Both the position numbers and the translations under genes were made by a program. From the NCBI GenBank assembly GCA_002269645.1, contig NIVC01000712.1:1-64000 (forward strand): a DNA stretch of 64,000 nucleotides, in the 5' to 3' direction. The notes under the pieces were generated by a model. It was not told the DNA's origin. It ran no database searches and saw nothing but the letters and a program-made list of their open reading frames with translations. Source of the DNA: Macrostomum lignano. Its lineage: Eukaryota. Numbering within the stretch: position 1 is the stretch's first letter; each line of letters begins with the position of its first letter. Below, piece by piece: positions 26,301-37,314 of the stretch.

Positions 26301-26316
26301 AATAAAATTCAATAAA
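26301..26316 (+). terminator. Candidate polyadenylation signals of copy A
   Basis: Two AATAAA hexamers ~175 bp after the last exon's ancestral stop. One is conserved in copy B near 45165. Confidence 0.4.
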
Positions 26317-26327
26317 ACACTGATTAA

Positions 26328-28327
26328 CAGTAGGAATACCAAGCCATTTTTCCGCCCGTCGAACTATCAAGGGGGGGGGGAAATTTCCCCCCCCTGACAA
26401 TTTTTTTTGCTGCGCCGGAACGGAGCAACGCAGGCACACGAAATTCAAGAACACGGGCTAACTTTTTGTTGCGCACCTTCTCAAACAAGAATCAAGTCGC
26501 CAGCCCTCCGGACCGTCGAGATATTCGACGATTCTGCCAGAAGGTCGGATTTTTCCCATAAGCGCTAGTGTATTCAGTACACCCCTGTGCGCCAATCAGC
26601 ACTGCGCCTCAGTGCAGCCTTGCCAAGTCTCCAAATTTCATCAGCACGTCGACCACATGTGTCTGCATCAGTTCTGACTTCGTTGGTCACTAGCCTTCAC
26701 CCAGGTGGAGCTTCTGGACCCTCAACAGCTGTGGCACCAGGTGACTATGGACACCCTGATGCGGATTTCTCTAGTTTCGCCGATCAAGCCTCGACAGTGG
26801 GCAAGAATCAACCGTCAGACATTCTCAGCTAGTCTCTCAAGCATTCCGTCATCATCCCGACGCATCAGGTGTCCTTGCTCACCTCGTGCCACCTGTTGAA
26901 GGTGCCCACGGTGTCGGGGTGATGACTGAAGGCTCCAGAGACTGGCTGAGAATGTCTGACGGTTGATTCTTGCCCACTGTCGAGGCTTGATCGGCGAAAC
27001 TAGACAGATTCTTATCAGGCTGTCCATAGTCACCTGGTGTAATCTGTTGAAGGAGCCGACGGCGTCGGGATGATGACGGAATGCTTGAGAGACTAGCTGA
27101 GAATGTCTGACGGTTGATTCTTGCCCACTGTCGAGGCTTGATCGGCGAAACTAGACAGATTCTTATCAGGCTGTCCATAGTCACCTGGTGTAATCTGTTG
27201 AAGGAGCCGACGGCGTCGGGATGATGACGGAATGCTTGAGAGACTAGCTGAGAATGTCTGACGGTTGATTCTTGCCCACTGTCGAGGCTTGATCGGCGAA
27301 ACTAGACAGATTCTTATCAGGCTGTCCATAGTCACCTGGTGTAATCTGTTGAAGGAGCCGACGGCGTCGGGATGATGACGAAATGCTTGAGAGACTAGCT
27401 GAGAATGTCTGATGGTTGATTCTTGCCCACTGTCGAGGCTTGATCGGCAAAACTAGACAGATTCTTATCAGGCTGTCCATAGTCACCTGGTGTAATCTGT
27501 TGAAGGAGCCGACGGCGTCGGGATGATGACGAAATGCTTGAGAGACTAGCTGAGAATGTCTGTCGGTTGATTCTTGCCCACCGTCGAGGCTTGATCGGCG
27601 AAACTAGAGAAATCCGCATCAGGGTTTCCATAGTCACCTGGTGTCATTTGTTGAAGGTGCCGACGGCATCGGGGTGATGACGGAATGCTCGAGAAACTAG
27701 CTGACAATGTCCATCGGTTAAGGTTTGCCCATTATTGAAGCTTGATAAGAAAAATCTAACATATTTGCAACAGGATGTCCATAGTCACCTGGTGTAATCT
27801 GTTGAAGGTGCCGACGGCGTCGGGATGATGACGGAATGCTTGACAGACTAGCTGAGAATGTCTGATGGTTGATTCTTGCCCACTGTCGAGGCTTGATCGG
27901 CGAAACTAGAGAAATCCGCATCAGGGTGTCCATAGTCACCTGGTGCCACAGCTGTTGAGGGTCCAGAAGCTCCACCTGGGTGAAGGCTAGTGACCAATGA
28001 AGTCAGAACTGATGCAGACACATGCGGTCGACGTGCTGAGGAAATTTGGAGACTTGGCAAGGCTGCACTGAGGCGCAGTGCTGATTGGCGCACAGGGGTG
28101 TACTGAATACACTAGCGCTTATGGGAAAAATCCGACCTTCTGGCAGAATCGTCGAATATCTCGACGGTCCGGAGGGCTGGCGACTTGATTCTTGTTTGAG
28201 AAGGTGCGCAACAAAAAGTTAGCACGTGTTCTTGAATTTCGTGTGCCTGCGTTGCTCCGTTCCGGCGCAGCAAAAAAAATTGTCAGGGGGGGGGGGAAAT
28301 TTCCCCCCCCCCTTGGTAGTTCTACTG
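26328..28327. mobile_element. 2.0-kb non-autonomous foldback element with TTAA target duplication
   Basis: TTAA|CAGTAG...CTACTG|TTAA, ~500-bp inverted arms and internal 151-bp tandem repeats. Absent at the paralogous site in copy B (~45187). Confidence 0.85.
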
Positions 28328-28486
28328 TTAATGACATCAACCAATACCTAACCAAAATGTACTCACGACTTGATCAGACCCAGATCTCCCACTGTATTCT
28401 ATCAATCTGGTCGTTCTATATTCGTGCGTTGGATTAAATTTGGCATACAAAGTGAACAAAAGGCCAAGAAAAGCAAAATTCAATTG

Positions 28487-28800
28487 GGCCTGGCCATAGA
28501 CTGCAGACACGTATTTATTCCTCACTTGGGCCCAGCCATAGACTGCAGACACGTATTTATTCCCCACTTGGGCCTGGTCATAGACTGCAGACACGTATTT
28601 ATTCCCCACTTGGGCCCAGCCATAGACTGCAGACACGTATTTATTCCCCACTTGAGCCTGGCCATAGACTGCAGACACGTATTTATTCCCCACTTGGGCC
28701 CAGCCATAGACTGCAGACACGTATTTATTCCCCACTTGAGCCTGGCCATAGACTGTAGACACGTATTTATTCCCCACTTGGGCCCAGCTATAGACTACAC
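28487..28800. repeat. 42-bp minisatellite (~7.5 copies), 3' flank of copy A
   Basis: GGGCCCAGCCATAGACTGCAGACACGTATTTATTCCCCACTT units. Confidence 0.9.
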
Positions 28801-29619
28801 AGAAGTATTTTTGCCTGGCGCAGTAAACCTCCAATGCTTAAATAATATTTTACTTTTTTTAACAGCTTTTTATCGGCTAGTCTATATTTACAAATATATA
28901 TTTGTGATGCAATATTACGTAATAACCTTTAGTCCTCCACTATGTAGCAAGCGCCGCACAGTCTGTACTTAAATTTTTAGTTTTTTAGATTTTTAGATTT
29001 TTAAAAAGTTGTATTAAAGCACGAAACAGTTAAAATCTGGTTTTATTTTTCGAGTCTCCGGTTTAAAGTTTGTACTTTTTTTCGAAACTTTCGCTGGTCA
29101 AGCCAGTTTGTGGCAGTTTTTTAAAACCGTTGAAATTTGTTTTGATTTTTCCAGTCTCTGGTTTACAGTTTGTGTTTTTAGGTAGGTTTGTCAGTCAAGC
29201 CGTTTTTGGCAATCAATCACTAACAATTAATTAATCCATAACTGTGAAATATCCTTTAACTCACTCCAAGCTTTAGCCCTTATTTATGGACTAATAGGTG
29301 TCAGGGTTAATAAGTGTTGTTTAACTGATTATGGCTGTGGATAATTTTATGCTACTATTATTATTATTATTATTTTGCTCGTATTATATTATAACTACTA
29401 TTTTATGTCTAGTCAGTTATCCTCAAGATTTTAATATGCATACTAATTATTCATATAAACTAATATATCGATATATGAGGCTACCGCTATCCCCATCCGG
29501 ATATGTCTGTCTCTGTCTACCTGTGTCGCAACGCTTATTGCGCAGCGGGAAAGGCACTTCAACATAAAGAGTCTAATATTGACGTTTTGAATTTTACTTT
29601 TGAAGCGACAGTATTACTG

Positions 29620-30200
29620 TAACCCTGAAGACGAAGAAAAAGAATGCCTTAGCTAGTTAGAGATTGTGTTTGCTGAATTTTTCCTGTCTACTAAAATTTT
29701 ACTTGCACTTTAGGTTATTTGCCTAAATCTGTGGAATAGCTTCCCAAAATCTAAGCGAATGATTATCCAGTTAAGCCACTAAATAATAATTCAGACGTCA
29801 AATTACAATAGCTAACTTTTTGGCAGTTTTTAGAACAGTTAAAATCTGTTTTCATTATCTAATCTCTGCTTTACAGTTTTCCTTTTTCGCTACTTTTGCC
29901 ATTCTAGCCAGTGTTTATGGCAGTTTTTTAAACACTAATAGGTGCATGGGCAGGGTTAATAAGTGTTGCTTCACTGATTATGGCTGTGGATAATTTTTGG
30001 CTACTAATATTTTTATCATCATATTATCATCATCATCATATTAATTATAAACTAATATATCGATATAAGGTTAACGCTATCCCTATCTGGATATGTCTAC
30101 CTGTGTTGCAACGCTTATTGCGCAGCCGAAAAAAGCTTCAACAGAGTCTAATATTGATGTCTTGAATTTTACTTTTTAAGCAACAGTATTACTGTTGGTA
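29620..30200 (+). pseudogene. Relic 3' end and flank of a further paralog
   Basis: CCTGAAGACGAAG...TTTGCTGAATTTTT...GCGAATGATTAT..AGT.AAGCCACT repeats the last-exon end/3'UTR of copy A (26110-26270), followed by a second copy of the downstream flank. Confidence 0.6.
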
Positions 30201-30599
30201 GTACTACAGTAGCAGTAGTACTTCGCCCCTTCAACTGCACACACTTGTGCTTGCTGATCAACGTCAGCAAATGCACTCTGTTGGAATGAGGTCCTTCCCA
30301 GCTGCTTCACAAGGATGTAGTGAATGTGTCGTCAGTGGAATGTCCATGCAAGATGTCTTCGAGCTATCGTAGATTCTCACTTTAAGATTTGTATCCAGTG
30401 CCTGTTCAACACGATGATGTCCTCTTGGTTCCATTGTTGTTTCTCTCATAGCTCGTATTAGGACTATATAAATATCGGATTGTGAGCTCTATATCTTACA
30501 ATTTCTCGTGCCGGATTCGCGCCAGTCGCCACAGCCTGATGAGCAGTGATGAATTGAGTTAGAAGCTGCTGGACGAGACTATGGATGTGCCATCATTTG

Positions 30600-30658
30600 A
30601 TTTTGCCCACAGATACTAGAAGAACAACAATTGTTGTTCTAGTATCTGTGATTTTGCC
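30600..30658. mobile_element. TSD-flanked head-to-head TIR stub (putative P-type excision footprint)
   Basis: ATTTTGCC|CACAGATACTAGAAGAACAACAATTGTTGTTCTAGTATCTGTG|ATTTTGCC. Confidence 0.75.
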
Positions 30659-30659
30659 T

Positions 30660-32270
30660 ATTAATTGGCCTTGTTTGTTCTGATGTTCAATCTGTCTCGT
30701 GCCGCGGTGGAGTACTTGCTTCGACTTCTTATTCGAATGGGTGTCAATGTTCCACCGTCTTTTTACCTATTAATGAAAGAAAATAGGCAGTGCGGCCCCT
30801 GTAGTGTCGCTTACCTGCGATGGTACTTTTTCTTACATGCATGTCCATTCGATAGCACATCAAGTTTTAGATAAATCGTTGCTTTGCCTTAACGCACTGC
30901 CTGTTGAATCATCTGCCATTGTCATTAATGCCCTTATTAATATCGACGGATAGCCTCTTTGCAAGAGCATGCAGTTCTGCGTCTCTTCGGCCCATGCTAA
31001 TCCAGTTTGAAGGCTCTCATATTTCCTCTTGCTTTGTTCTATGGGTTTTCGAAGCCAAAGGTAGATAAGTACCTGAACAATTTTTTCAACGAAGTCCTTC
31101 TGTTGAGGCACACTAGGTTTGAGTATAACGGTAAGCTTTTTAAGTTCGGTCATCTAACGTTCATTTGCGATGCTCCTGCGCGTGCTTTTATACAATATAT
31201 CGCTGTTCATACCTCTGCTAACGGTGTGACTATTGCCGAGTCATCGCCAAGAAAGAAAACAGTCGGATGCATGGTTTTCCCTGTGTCCGTTGCTGCCCCA
31301 GAGAGGATCAGTTGTAATGCTAAGAAAGAAGAAAATAACCAGCAAAGATTGTCGCAGCTTTGTAGCATTGCATCCCTGTTGACTGATTTCCCAGTAGACT
31401 ATCAGCATTTCGTTTGTCTTGGAATTTTTAGGCGTCTGTGCAAGTTTTATTTTCAAAGCGTCAAGTCCTTTCGTCTTCGTTGTCGTATTTCAGTGCTCAG
31501 CTAACTGCATTTTCTGACAGTATCGCTGCTTGCAGTAAGTATTTTCCCTGTGAGTACTCCGAGGCGATTGGACAAGGAGCTGAGCAGCTATAGAAGCAAC
31601 TGAATCTCGCTCTCTCATTCTTTACTGTGGCCCTTTTCTGTCCAAGGTCCTACTTGCCTGCCCATACTTTGAGCCTTTTCTCATTCTACACTTTGCCTTT
31701 TTTGTCTTTACTTCCCATCAACTTAATCACTTGCACCAGCAGGCAGCCAGTGCCATTCAGTTGTTTGTTTTTCAGGAACGTGAGTTGTTTGGTTCTGGTT
31801 CCATTTTCTACAATTTTCATATTCTTTTGCATATTTTTGACTTTGCCTAGCGTTATGGGCCCTTGGACAGTTATTCAAATTTTTGTTTTGAAAACTACCT
31901 GGGAAGATTGAAGCGAAGAATCAGGCAAGTTTGAGGCATCTTTAGTCATGTCAATAGGCAAGTTGTGGCACTCAGAGAGTTGGATTAAGATAAGCGTGAT
32001 CAGCGGCAATTTTTCCATAAGACCTCTGCACCAGACAACTGCTCAAATGGGTAAATGCGTAAATGGCATGTACATTTTGATTGATTTCATTATTGGTGAT
32101 GAAACTGTCACTGGATCATTTCTTGTATTTCAGCGGGACTTGTATGTTTACCCGTATAGCTCTCGTATCCTTAATATTGGCGTTTACGCACTTTCGCGGT
32201 CAAGAATTACGGGTGTACCACAGGGAAAGGCTATTGCTTTTCCGAAGGTAGCCAGAAATTTTCTTCAGGA
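30660..32270 (+). pseudogene. Degraded CACTA/EnSpm-like (Mirage-type) transposase
   Basis: NIDG, FYGFSKP, FICDAPARAF, DFPVDYQHFVCLG, MGPWT/GPL-like and FE..LG remnants, with many stops and frameshifts. Confidence 0.65.
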
Positions 32271-32420
32271 GGGATAGGCCGCCCCTACATAGAAATTTTC
32301 TTCAGGAGGGATAGGCCGCCCCTACATAGAAATTTTCTTCAGGAGGGATAGGCCGCCCCTACATAGAAATTTTCTTCAGGAGGGATAGGCCGCCCCTACA
32401 TAGAAATTTTCTTCAGGGAG
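32255..32420. repeat. 37-bp tandem repeat (~4.5 copies)
   Basis: GAAATTTTCTTCAGGAGGGATAGGCCGCCCCTACATA at 32255, 32292, 32329, 32366, partial at 32403. Confidence 0.9.
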
Positions 32421-32538
32421 AATAAGCCACCTCTATGGAGAAAAACATACTTCAAAAAACATTTTTAGACTTTTCGGGAGGTGCATCCCCCGGATAGCCC
32501 CCTCGCTGTCGGGCTTGATGTTTCCTGTTTCTTTCTTC

Positions 32539-33600
32539 GGGTAGGTTTCACAACCGCTAAACTTCACAACCGCTAAACTTCACAACCGCTAAATCTCATC
32601 TACTTTCACAACCGCGAAACTTCACAAACGCTAAAATTTTTGCACTTACTTTCATATACAACAGTCTTTTTAGCGGTTGCGAAGTTTCGCGGTTGTGAAG
32701 TTTCGCGGTTGTGAAAGTAGATGACATTTAGCGGTTGTGAAGTTTCGCGTTTGTGAAGTTTAGCGGTTGTGAAGTTTCGCGTTTGTGAAGTTTAGCGTTT
32801 GTGAAGTTTAGCGTTTGTTAAGTTTAGCGTTTGTTAAGTTTAGCGTTTGTTAAGTTTCGCGTTTGTGAAGTTTAGCGTTTGTGAAGTTTAGCGTTTGTGA
32901 AGTTTAGCGTTTGTTAAGTTTAGCGTTTGTTAAGTTTAGCGTTTTGAAGTTTAGCGGTTGTGAAGTTTAGCGTTTTGAAGTTTCGCGGTTGTGAAGTTTA
33001 GCGTTTGTTACGTTTAGCGTTTGTGAAGTTTAGCGTTTGTTAAGTTTAGCGTTTTGAAGTTTCGCGGTTGTGAAGTTTAGCGTTTGTTAAGTTTAGCGTT
33101 TGTGAAGTTTAGCGTTTGTTAAGTTTAGCGTTTTGAAGTTTCGCGGTTGTGAAGTTTAGCGTTTGTGAAGTTTAGCGTTTGTGAAGTTTAGCGTTTGTGA
33201 AGTTTAGCGTTTGTGAAGTTTAGCGTTTGTTAAGTTTAGCGTTTGTTAAGTTTAGCGTTTGTGAAGTTTAGCGTTTGTGAAGTTTAGCGTTTGTGAAGTT
33301 TAGCGTTTGTGAAGTTTAGCGTTTGTTAAGTTTAGCGTTTGTGAAGTTTAGCGTTTGTGAAGTTTAGCGTTTGTGAAGTTTAGCGTTTGTTAAGTTTAGC
33401 GTTTGTTAAGTTTAGCGTTTGTGAAGTTTAGCGTTTGTTAAGTTTAGCGTTTGTGAAGTTTAGCGTTTGTTAAGTTTAGCGTTTGTGAAGTTTAGCGTTT
33501 GTGAAGTTTAGCGTTTGTGAAGTTTAGCGTTTTGAAGTTTCGCGGTTGTGAAAGTAGGTGATTTAGCGGTTGTGAAATTTCGCGTTTGCGAAAGCAACCC
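32539..33600. mobile_element. Asymmetric foldback (MULE-like) element with 8-bp TSD
   Basis: CTTTCTTC|GGGTAGGTTTCACAA...TTGCGAAAGCAACCC|CTTTCTTC. Short left arm and ~900-bp right arm made of inverted 16-bp units (TTTAGCGTTTGTGAAG). Confidence 0.85.
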
Positions 33601-34242
33601 CTTTCTTCTAGTAGTCTTTTGGCATTGTTCTGCGAATCTTCAAATTATTTATATAGTGCCTTGCGTTGGAATTGGAAATTGTATTGGTAAAGTTGATATT
33701 ACGACTGGCGACTCGTATAAACCACGCATCGTACCCTATGGTTTTCAATGCACTGGATTCAAATAATTCAACCAATCGTGAAAAATCAGGGGCACCTGAT
33801 TGATACAATTTTTAGGACAAATTGTTTTTCTTTTTTTAAATTATCGAGTTTTTTTTCTAGTAGTAAAATTAGAAAGTAGAAAGAGCGATTCAGTTGTACG
33901 ATATAAAATTGGTTTTTAATGCAGACGTATAAAACCCAAGGAGCTGCAGCTAGGGAAAGCAGCAATTGCTGTATGGTGCACTTAAAAGCAGGCGGCTCGA
34001 GGCCGGCGCGAGCGCTACTAGCTGCGATTGGAAAGCGGCTAGGCTTCGGCCCGTCTGCGATTTTCTGCTACACGTAGCAGGCGGCCCAGCAGCATTCCTC
34101 GGCGCATGCCGCCCGCAGCTGCTACGCCAACCGCTACGTAGTATGCTACCCGCCTGCCTGAGTCAAGGTCTGGCGTCTGCTTCTCCACAGCCCCACAATG
34201 GCATATCTCAATCATTGTGGGCTGGCCCGAGCTAGCGGGAGC

Positions 34243-34617
34243 CATAGATAAAGTATACATAGATTCCACCCCTGCCCAGAATGTACACACGCTCGTGTCC
34301 AAACTTTGACCACCATAAAACTCACCGTGCTCTCATTGGCTGGCGCGAAAGCCTTCCTTTCAACACCTTCGATTTCATTCCCTCACCCCTTCCACACAAG
34401 AAAGCTTTATAACTTTAATGCGCGGAACGAAAGGATGTCTTACCAGTTTCAACAGTTAAAGCGGAGATAATAGAAAAGCGGAGTTGGGGGAATGTACACA
34501 CGTGGACTCAATGTGCATAGCGTGGCCCAGCCAATAGGAGCGCAGTGAATAAAGTGATGGTCACAATTTAGACACTCCGCGGGGGTAGGGGTGGAATCTA
34601 TGTATACTTTATCTATG
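34243..34617. mobile_element. 375-bp P-superfamily-like MITE
   Basis: 31-bp TIR CATAGATAAAGTATACATAGATTCCACCCCT and 8-bp TSD GCGGGAGC (34235-34242 / 34618-34625). Confidence 0.85.
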
Positions 34618-34623
34618 GCGGGA

Positions 34624-34678
34624 GCCCACCCAAGGATTCCTCTATAACTTCTAGTTATAGAGGAATCCTTGGCCCACC
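34624..34678. mobile_element. TSD-flanked head-to-head TIR stub (putative P-type excision footprint)
   Basis: GCCCACC|CAAGGATTCCTCTATAACT-TCT-AGTTATAGAGGAATCCTTG|GCCCACC. Confidence 0.75.
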
Positions 34679-34761
34679 CCACCGTGGAGCGGACCGCACT
34701 CGCGGGTTATTCTTAGCGTGGGATGGTCTCCGCTAGCTGGCGGCCATAAACTGCATCTGTC

Positions 34762-37314
34762 CAGGGAATTCTCCAGACCTGGAAGTGACACTGGCAAAAT
34801 CGGGCCCGGGTGCCCGGGCCAAGTCAGGCCATTCATTTTTGGCTATGAAGGGACAAGAGAGGAACCGACTGAGTGTGGGAAGAGTGAATGAAAAGAAGAT
34901 GGGGGTGTAAGATAAGGGGGAAGGAAGAAATGTGCATTTGGGAAAGAAGAAAAAGAACTGAGGAAGATTGCAGACAAAGACATTATGCACAATTGTACAT
35001 GTACGGAACAAAAAGTTCTATGCACAGCCTACCTACTTTTGCCCTTCTTGGGTGTACGTTTTTTATACGCTCGTATAAGTCTTCGCACGAAGTTCCCAAG
35101 TTGCTCATTTTGTATTACATGCAAAGATAAATCATGGGTTACAAGTGCTGTGTGTTCGGCTGCAAATCAGGCTATTCGTCAGAAGGAACTGTGGGAATAA
35201 GCTATTTTGCTTTCCCAAAGGATCCTGTACTGAGACAGCAGTGGCTTCGTGCTATACCAACCGCCGACCTGAAGGCCACGTCTTCTCAGCGTGTCTGCTC
35301 GAAGCACTTCACGGAAGCTGACTTCGTCAGAGAATCAACCGACAAGACCATCCGTCGTAAGAATCGAAAATTCTTAGAAGCGAAGCTCCAACAAGTTCGC
35401 CTGAAGAGTGCTGCAGTGCCAACTCAATTTGACAGTGTGCCGAAGTACCTCAGCAAGTCAGCGCCAATGGAGTGGACTACAAGTGCCTTGTCCTCATCTC
35501 GTCTGCAAGTGGAGAATGCGCGTTTGAATGAGATGATCGGCGAATTTCTAAGCTCTGATGAGTTGCGTACTCTCAGTGACCTGCTAGACAAGTTGGATTC
35601 AGCCAATATTCCATCCGGATTTGTAAGAAGCACCAACGCTGGATCAGCTTCGTTTTTCCTAATCGACACATCCATCTCAGGCTCCGCTCCACACCTCACA
35701 GCTTCACTGACTGTCTTTGAAGATCTCACGTATCAGGCATTTGTTTGTGGCCTTCGCTGTACTAGCAGCATGCTTGGACATCTGTTTCCAAAGCAGCAAG
35801 ACACCCTCCATCTGCAGCTGCTCTCCACTTTTGAGAACCTGCTGGCATTCCTCAAATCTCTGGCCCAGACAGGAGAGACACGTGATCCCATCACGTCGTC
35901 TGATTTCGTGGAGGAGGTTTTGAAGAGCTACCTCGGATCTCTGAGCGATGAATCAGATGTTCAAGGACAAGTGAAGTTCCTTCTCGAGCAATTTTCCCTG
36001 ATCCACACCCAGGGGCCGTCTCGTCGCTATACGCCAACAACAACAGTACTGGCGTATTTGATTTTTTCAACTAGCCGCGCTGCCTACAAGGCAATTCTGG
36101 ACGATGGGTCCATTTGCTTGCCCTCTATCAGGAATCTCGTTAGGCTGACATCCGTTCTTTCCAAGGAGTCTGGCATCGTGGAAGAGGCGTACATTCAGCT
36201 GCGGGCAGGATCGCTTGACCCTCGAGAGAAGTATGTGGTCCTCATCATCGACGAGGTGACCACCGCGAAGAGAGTGGAATTTAACTGCGACTCCATATAT
36301 GGTCTCAGCAGCGATGGCAAGGTGGCTTCCTCTATTCTGGCGTTTCTCGTCAAGTCAATCGGTGGGTCCTACCAGGATGTCGTTGGTCTTTTTCCGGTCA
36401 ACTGTCTTACAGCCAGCCACCTGAGTAGCCTTGCTGGTGATGTAATTGAGGCGGTCGCGAAAAACGGGTTTGAAGTCGTTGCTTTGTCCTGTGACAATTC
36501 GGCCGTCAATCGGAAATTTTACTCGATGTCTGCCGCTAACGATGACGGTTTGACTATGAAGCATCCCTGTGACAAAGAGAAGGAGATTTTCCTGCTGATG
36601 GATACGACCCACAACATCAAGAATGTGTATAATAATTTTCAACGGCGGAGGGAGTTTCACTGCCCAACCATGGATGGACAGGAGTGCTTCGTCGCCAAGT
36701 TTAGCGACATCGAGGCCGTGTTTGAAATTGAGAGAGGCCAGTCGTCCAAGATCGCCTACCGGTTGACAGAGAAGGTTCTGCGCCCACTGAATGTTGAAAG
36801 AACGAGTGCGTCTCTGGCCGCAGCTGTGTTTGATGAAACAACGGTTTCTGCGTTGCAGCTGTACTCAACCATGCAGAGTGTGAACGTAGACACATCAACC
36901 TTCAACAGCACGGCCAAGTTTCTTTCCAAGGTCAATCGTCCTTCCCTCGTTGGCAAGCGAAGATCTGATGGCCTGAAGGGCAACGACAGCTGCCGAAAAA
37001 TTGCCAAGTTAAACCCCTAGTTCCGGACCACTTCCTTCTGTTGCTTTTCCCTTCACATCCTGGCTTCTGACAGTTTTTGGTAAGTTTGAATGGCAATGCC
37101 TACTATCTGATGCTATTTCTATTGTGTGCAGTACGAGTATAATGATAACTCGAATTCTAATTTTTTATGTTTGTAAGTAACAAATTAAGGGGTCTTTAAT
37201 TTGCTTGCAACATCGATATGCATGAACTGGGCTGGGCTCAGGCTCGGAAGAGGTCGGCCTGACTTGGCCCGCCCCCATTGGCCAGTGTCACTTCCAGGTC
37301 TGGAGAATTCCCTG
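34762..37314 (+). mobile_element. P-element-superfamily transposon (THAP transposase), 2553 bp
   Basis: Perfect 34-bp TIR CAGGGAATTCTCCAGACCTGGAAGTGACACTGGC, inverted subterminal GGGCCAAGTCAGGCC, 7-bp TSD ATCTGTC. Confidence 0.92.
35134..37020 (+). CDS. THAP-domain P-element/THAP9-like transposase, probably C-terminally deleted
   Basis: THAP motif CCVFGC...FPKD...QWL...RVCSKHF...AVPT; IIDEV; CDNSAVNRK; DTTHNIKN.YNN. Ends before the expected D.LE..F..R catalytic segment. Confidence 0.88.
   Translation: MGYKCCVFGCKSGYSSEGTVGISYFAFPKDPVLRQQWLRAIPTADLKATSSQRVCSKHFTEADFVRESTDKTIRRKNRKFLEAKLQQVRLKSAAVPTQFDSVPKYLSKSAPMEWTTSALSSSRLQVENARLNEMIGEFLSSDELRTLSDLLDKLDSANIPSGFVRSTNAGSASFFLIDTSISGSAPHLTASLTVFEDLTYQAFVCGLRCTSSMLGHLFPKQQDTLHLQLLSTFENLLAFLKSLAQTGETRDPITSSDFVEEVLKSYLGSLSDESDVQGQVKFLLEQFSLIHTQGPSRRYTPTTTVLAYLIFSTSRAAYKAILDDGSICLPSIRNLVRLTSVLSKESGIVEEAYIQLRAGSLDPREKYVVLIIDEVTTAKRVEFNCDSIYGLSSDGKVASSILAFLVKSIGGSYQDVVGLFPVNCLTASHLSSLAGDVIEAVAKNGFEVVALSCDNSAVNRKFYSMSAANDDGLTMKHPCDKEKEIFLLMDTTHNIKNVYNNFQRRREFHCPTMDGQECFVAKFSDIEAVFEIERGQSSKIAYRLTEKVLRPLNVERTSASLAAAVFDETTVSALQLYSTMQSVNVDTSTFNSTAKFLSKVNRPSLVGKRRSDGLKGNDSCRKIAKLNP

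Noticed and set aside
26587-28093. Repeated short ORFs (MTMDSLIRICL...)
   Set aside because: They follow the 151-bp internal repeats of the foldback element, whose period is not a multiple of 3; no recognisable domain.
28487-28800. 42-bp repeats (also 45311-45770) as CRISPR or as a coding repeat protein (GPAIDYRNVFIPHL)
   Set aside because: No spacers. ORFs on both strands arise because the stop-free unit is a multiple of 3. The CATAGAC resemblance to P termini is too short to support an origin claim.
32255-32420. 37-bp direct repeats as a CRISPR array
   Set aside because: Units are contiguous with no spacers, there are no cas genes, and the context is eukaryotic.
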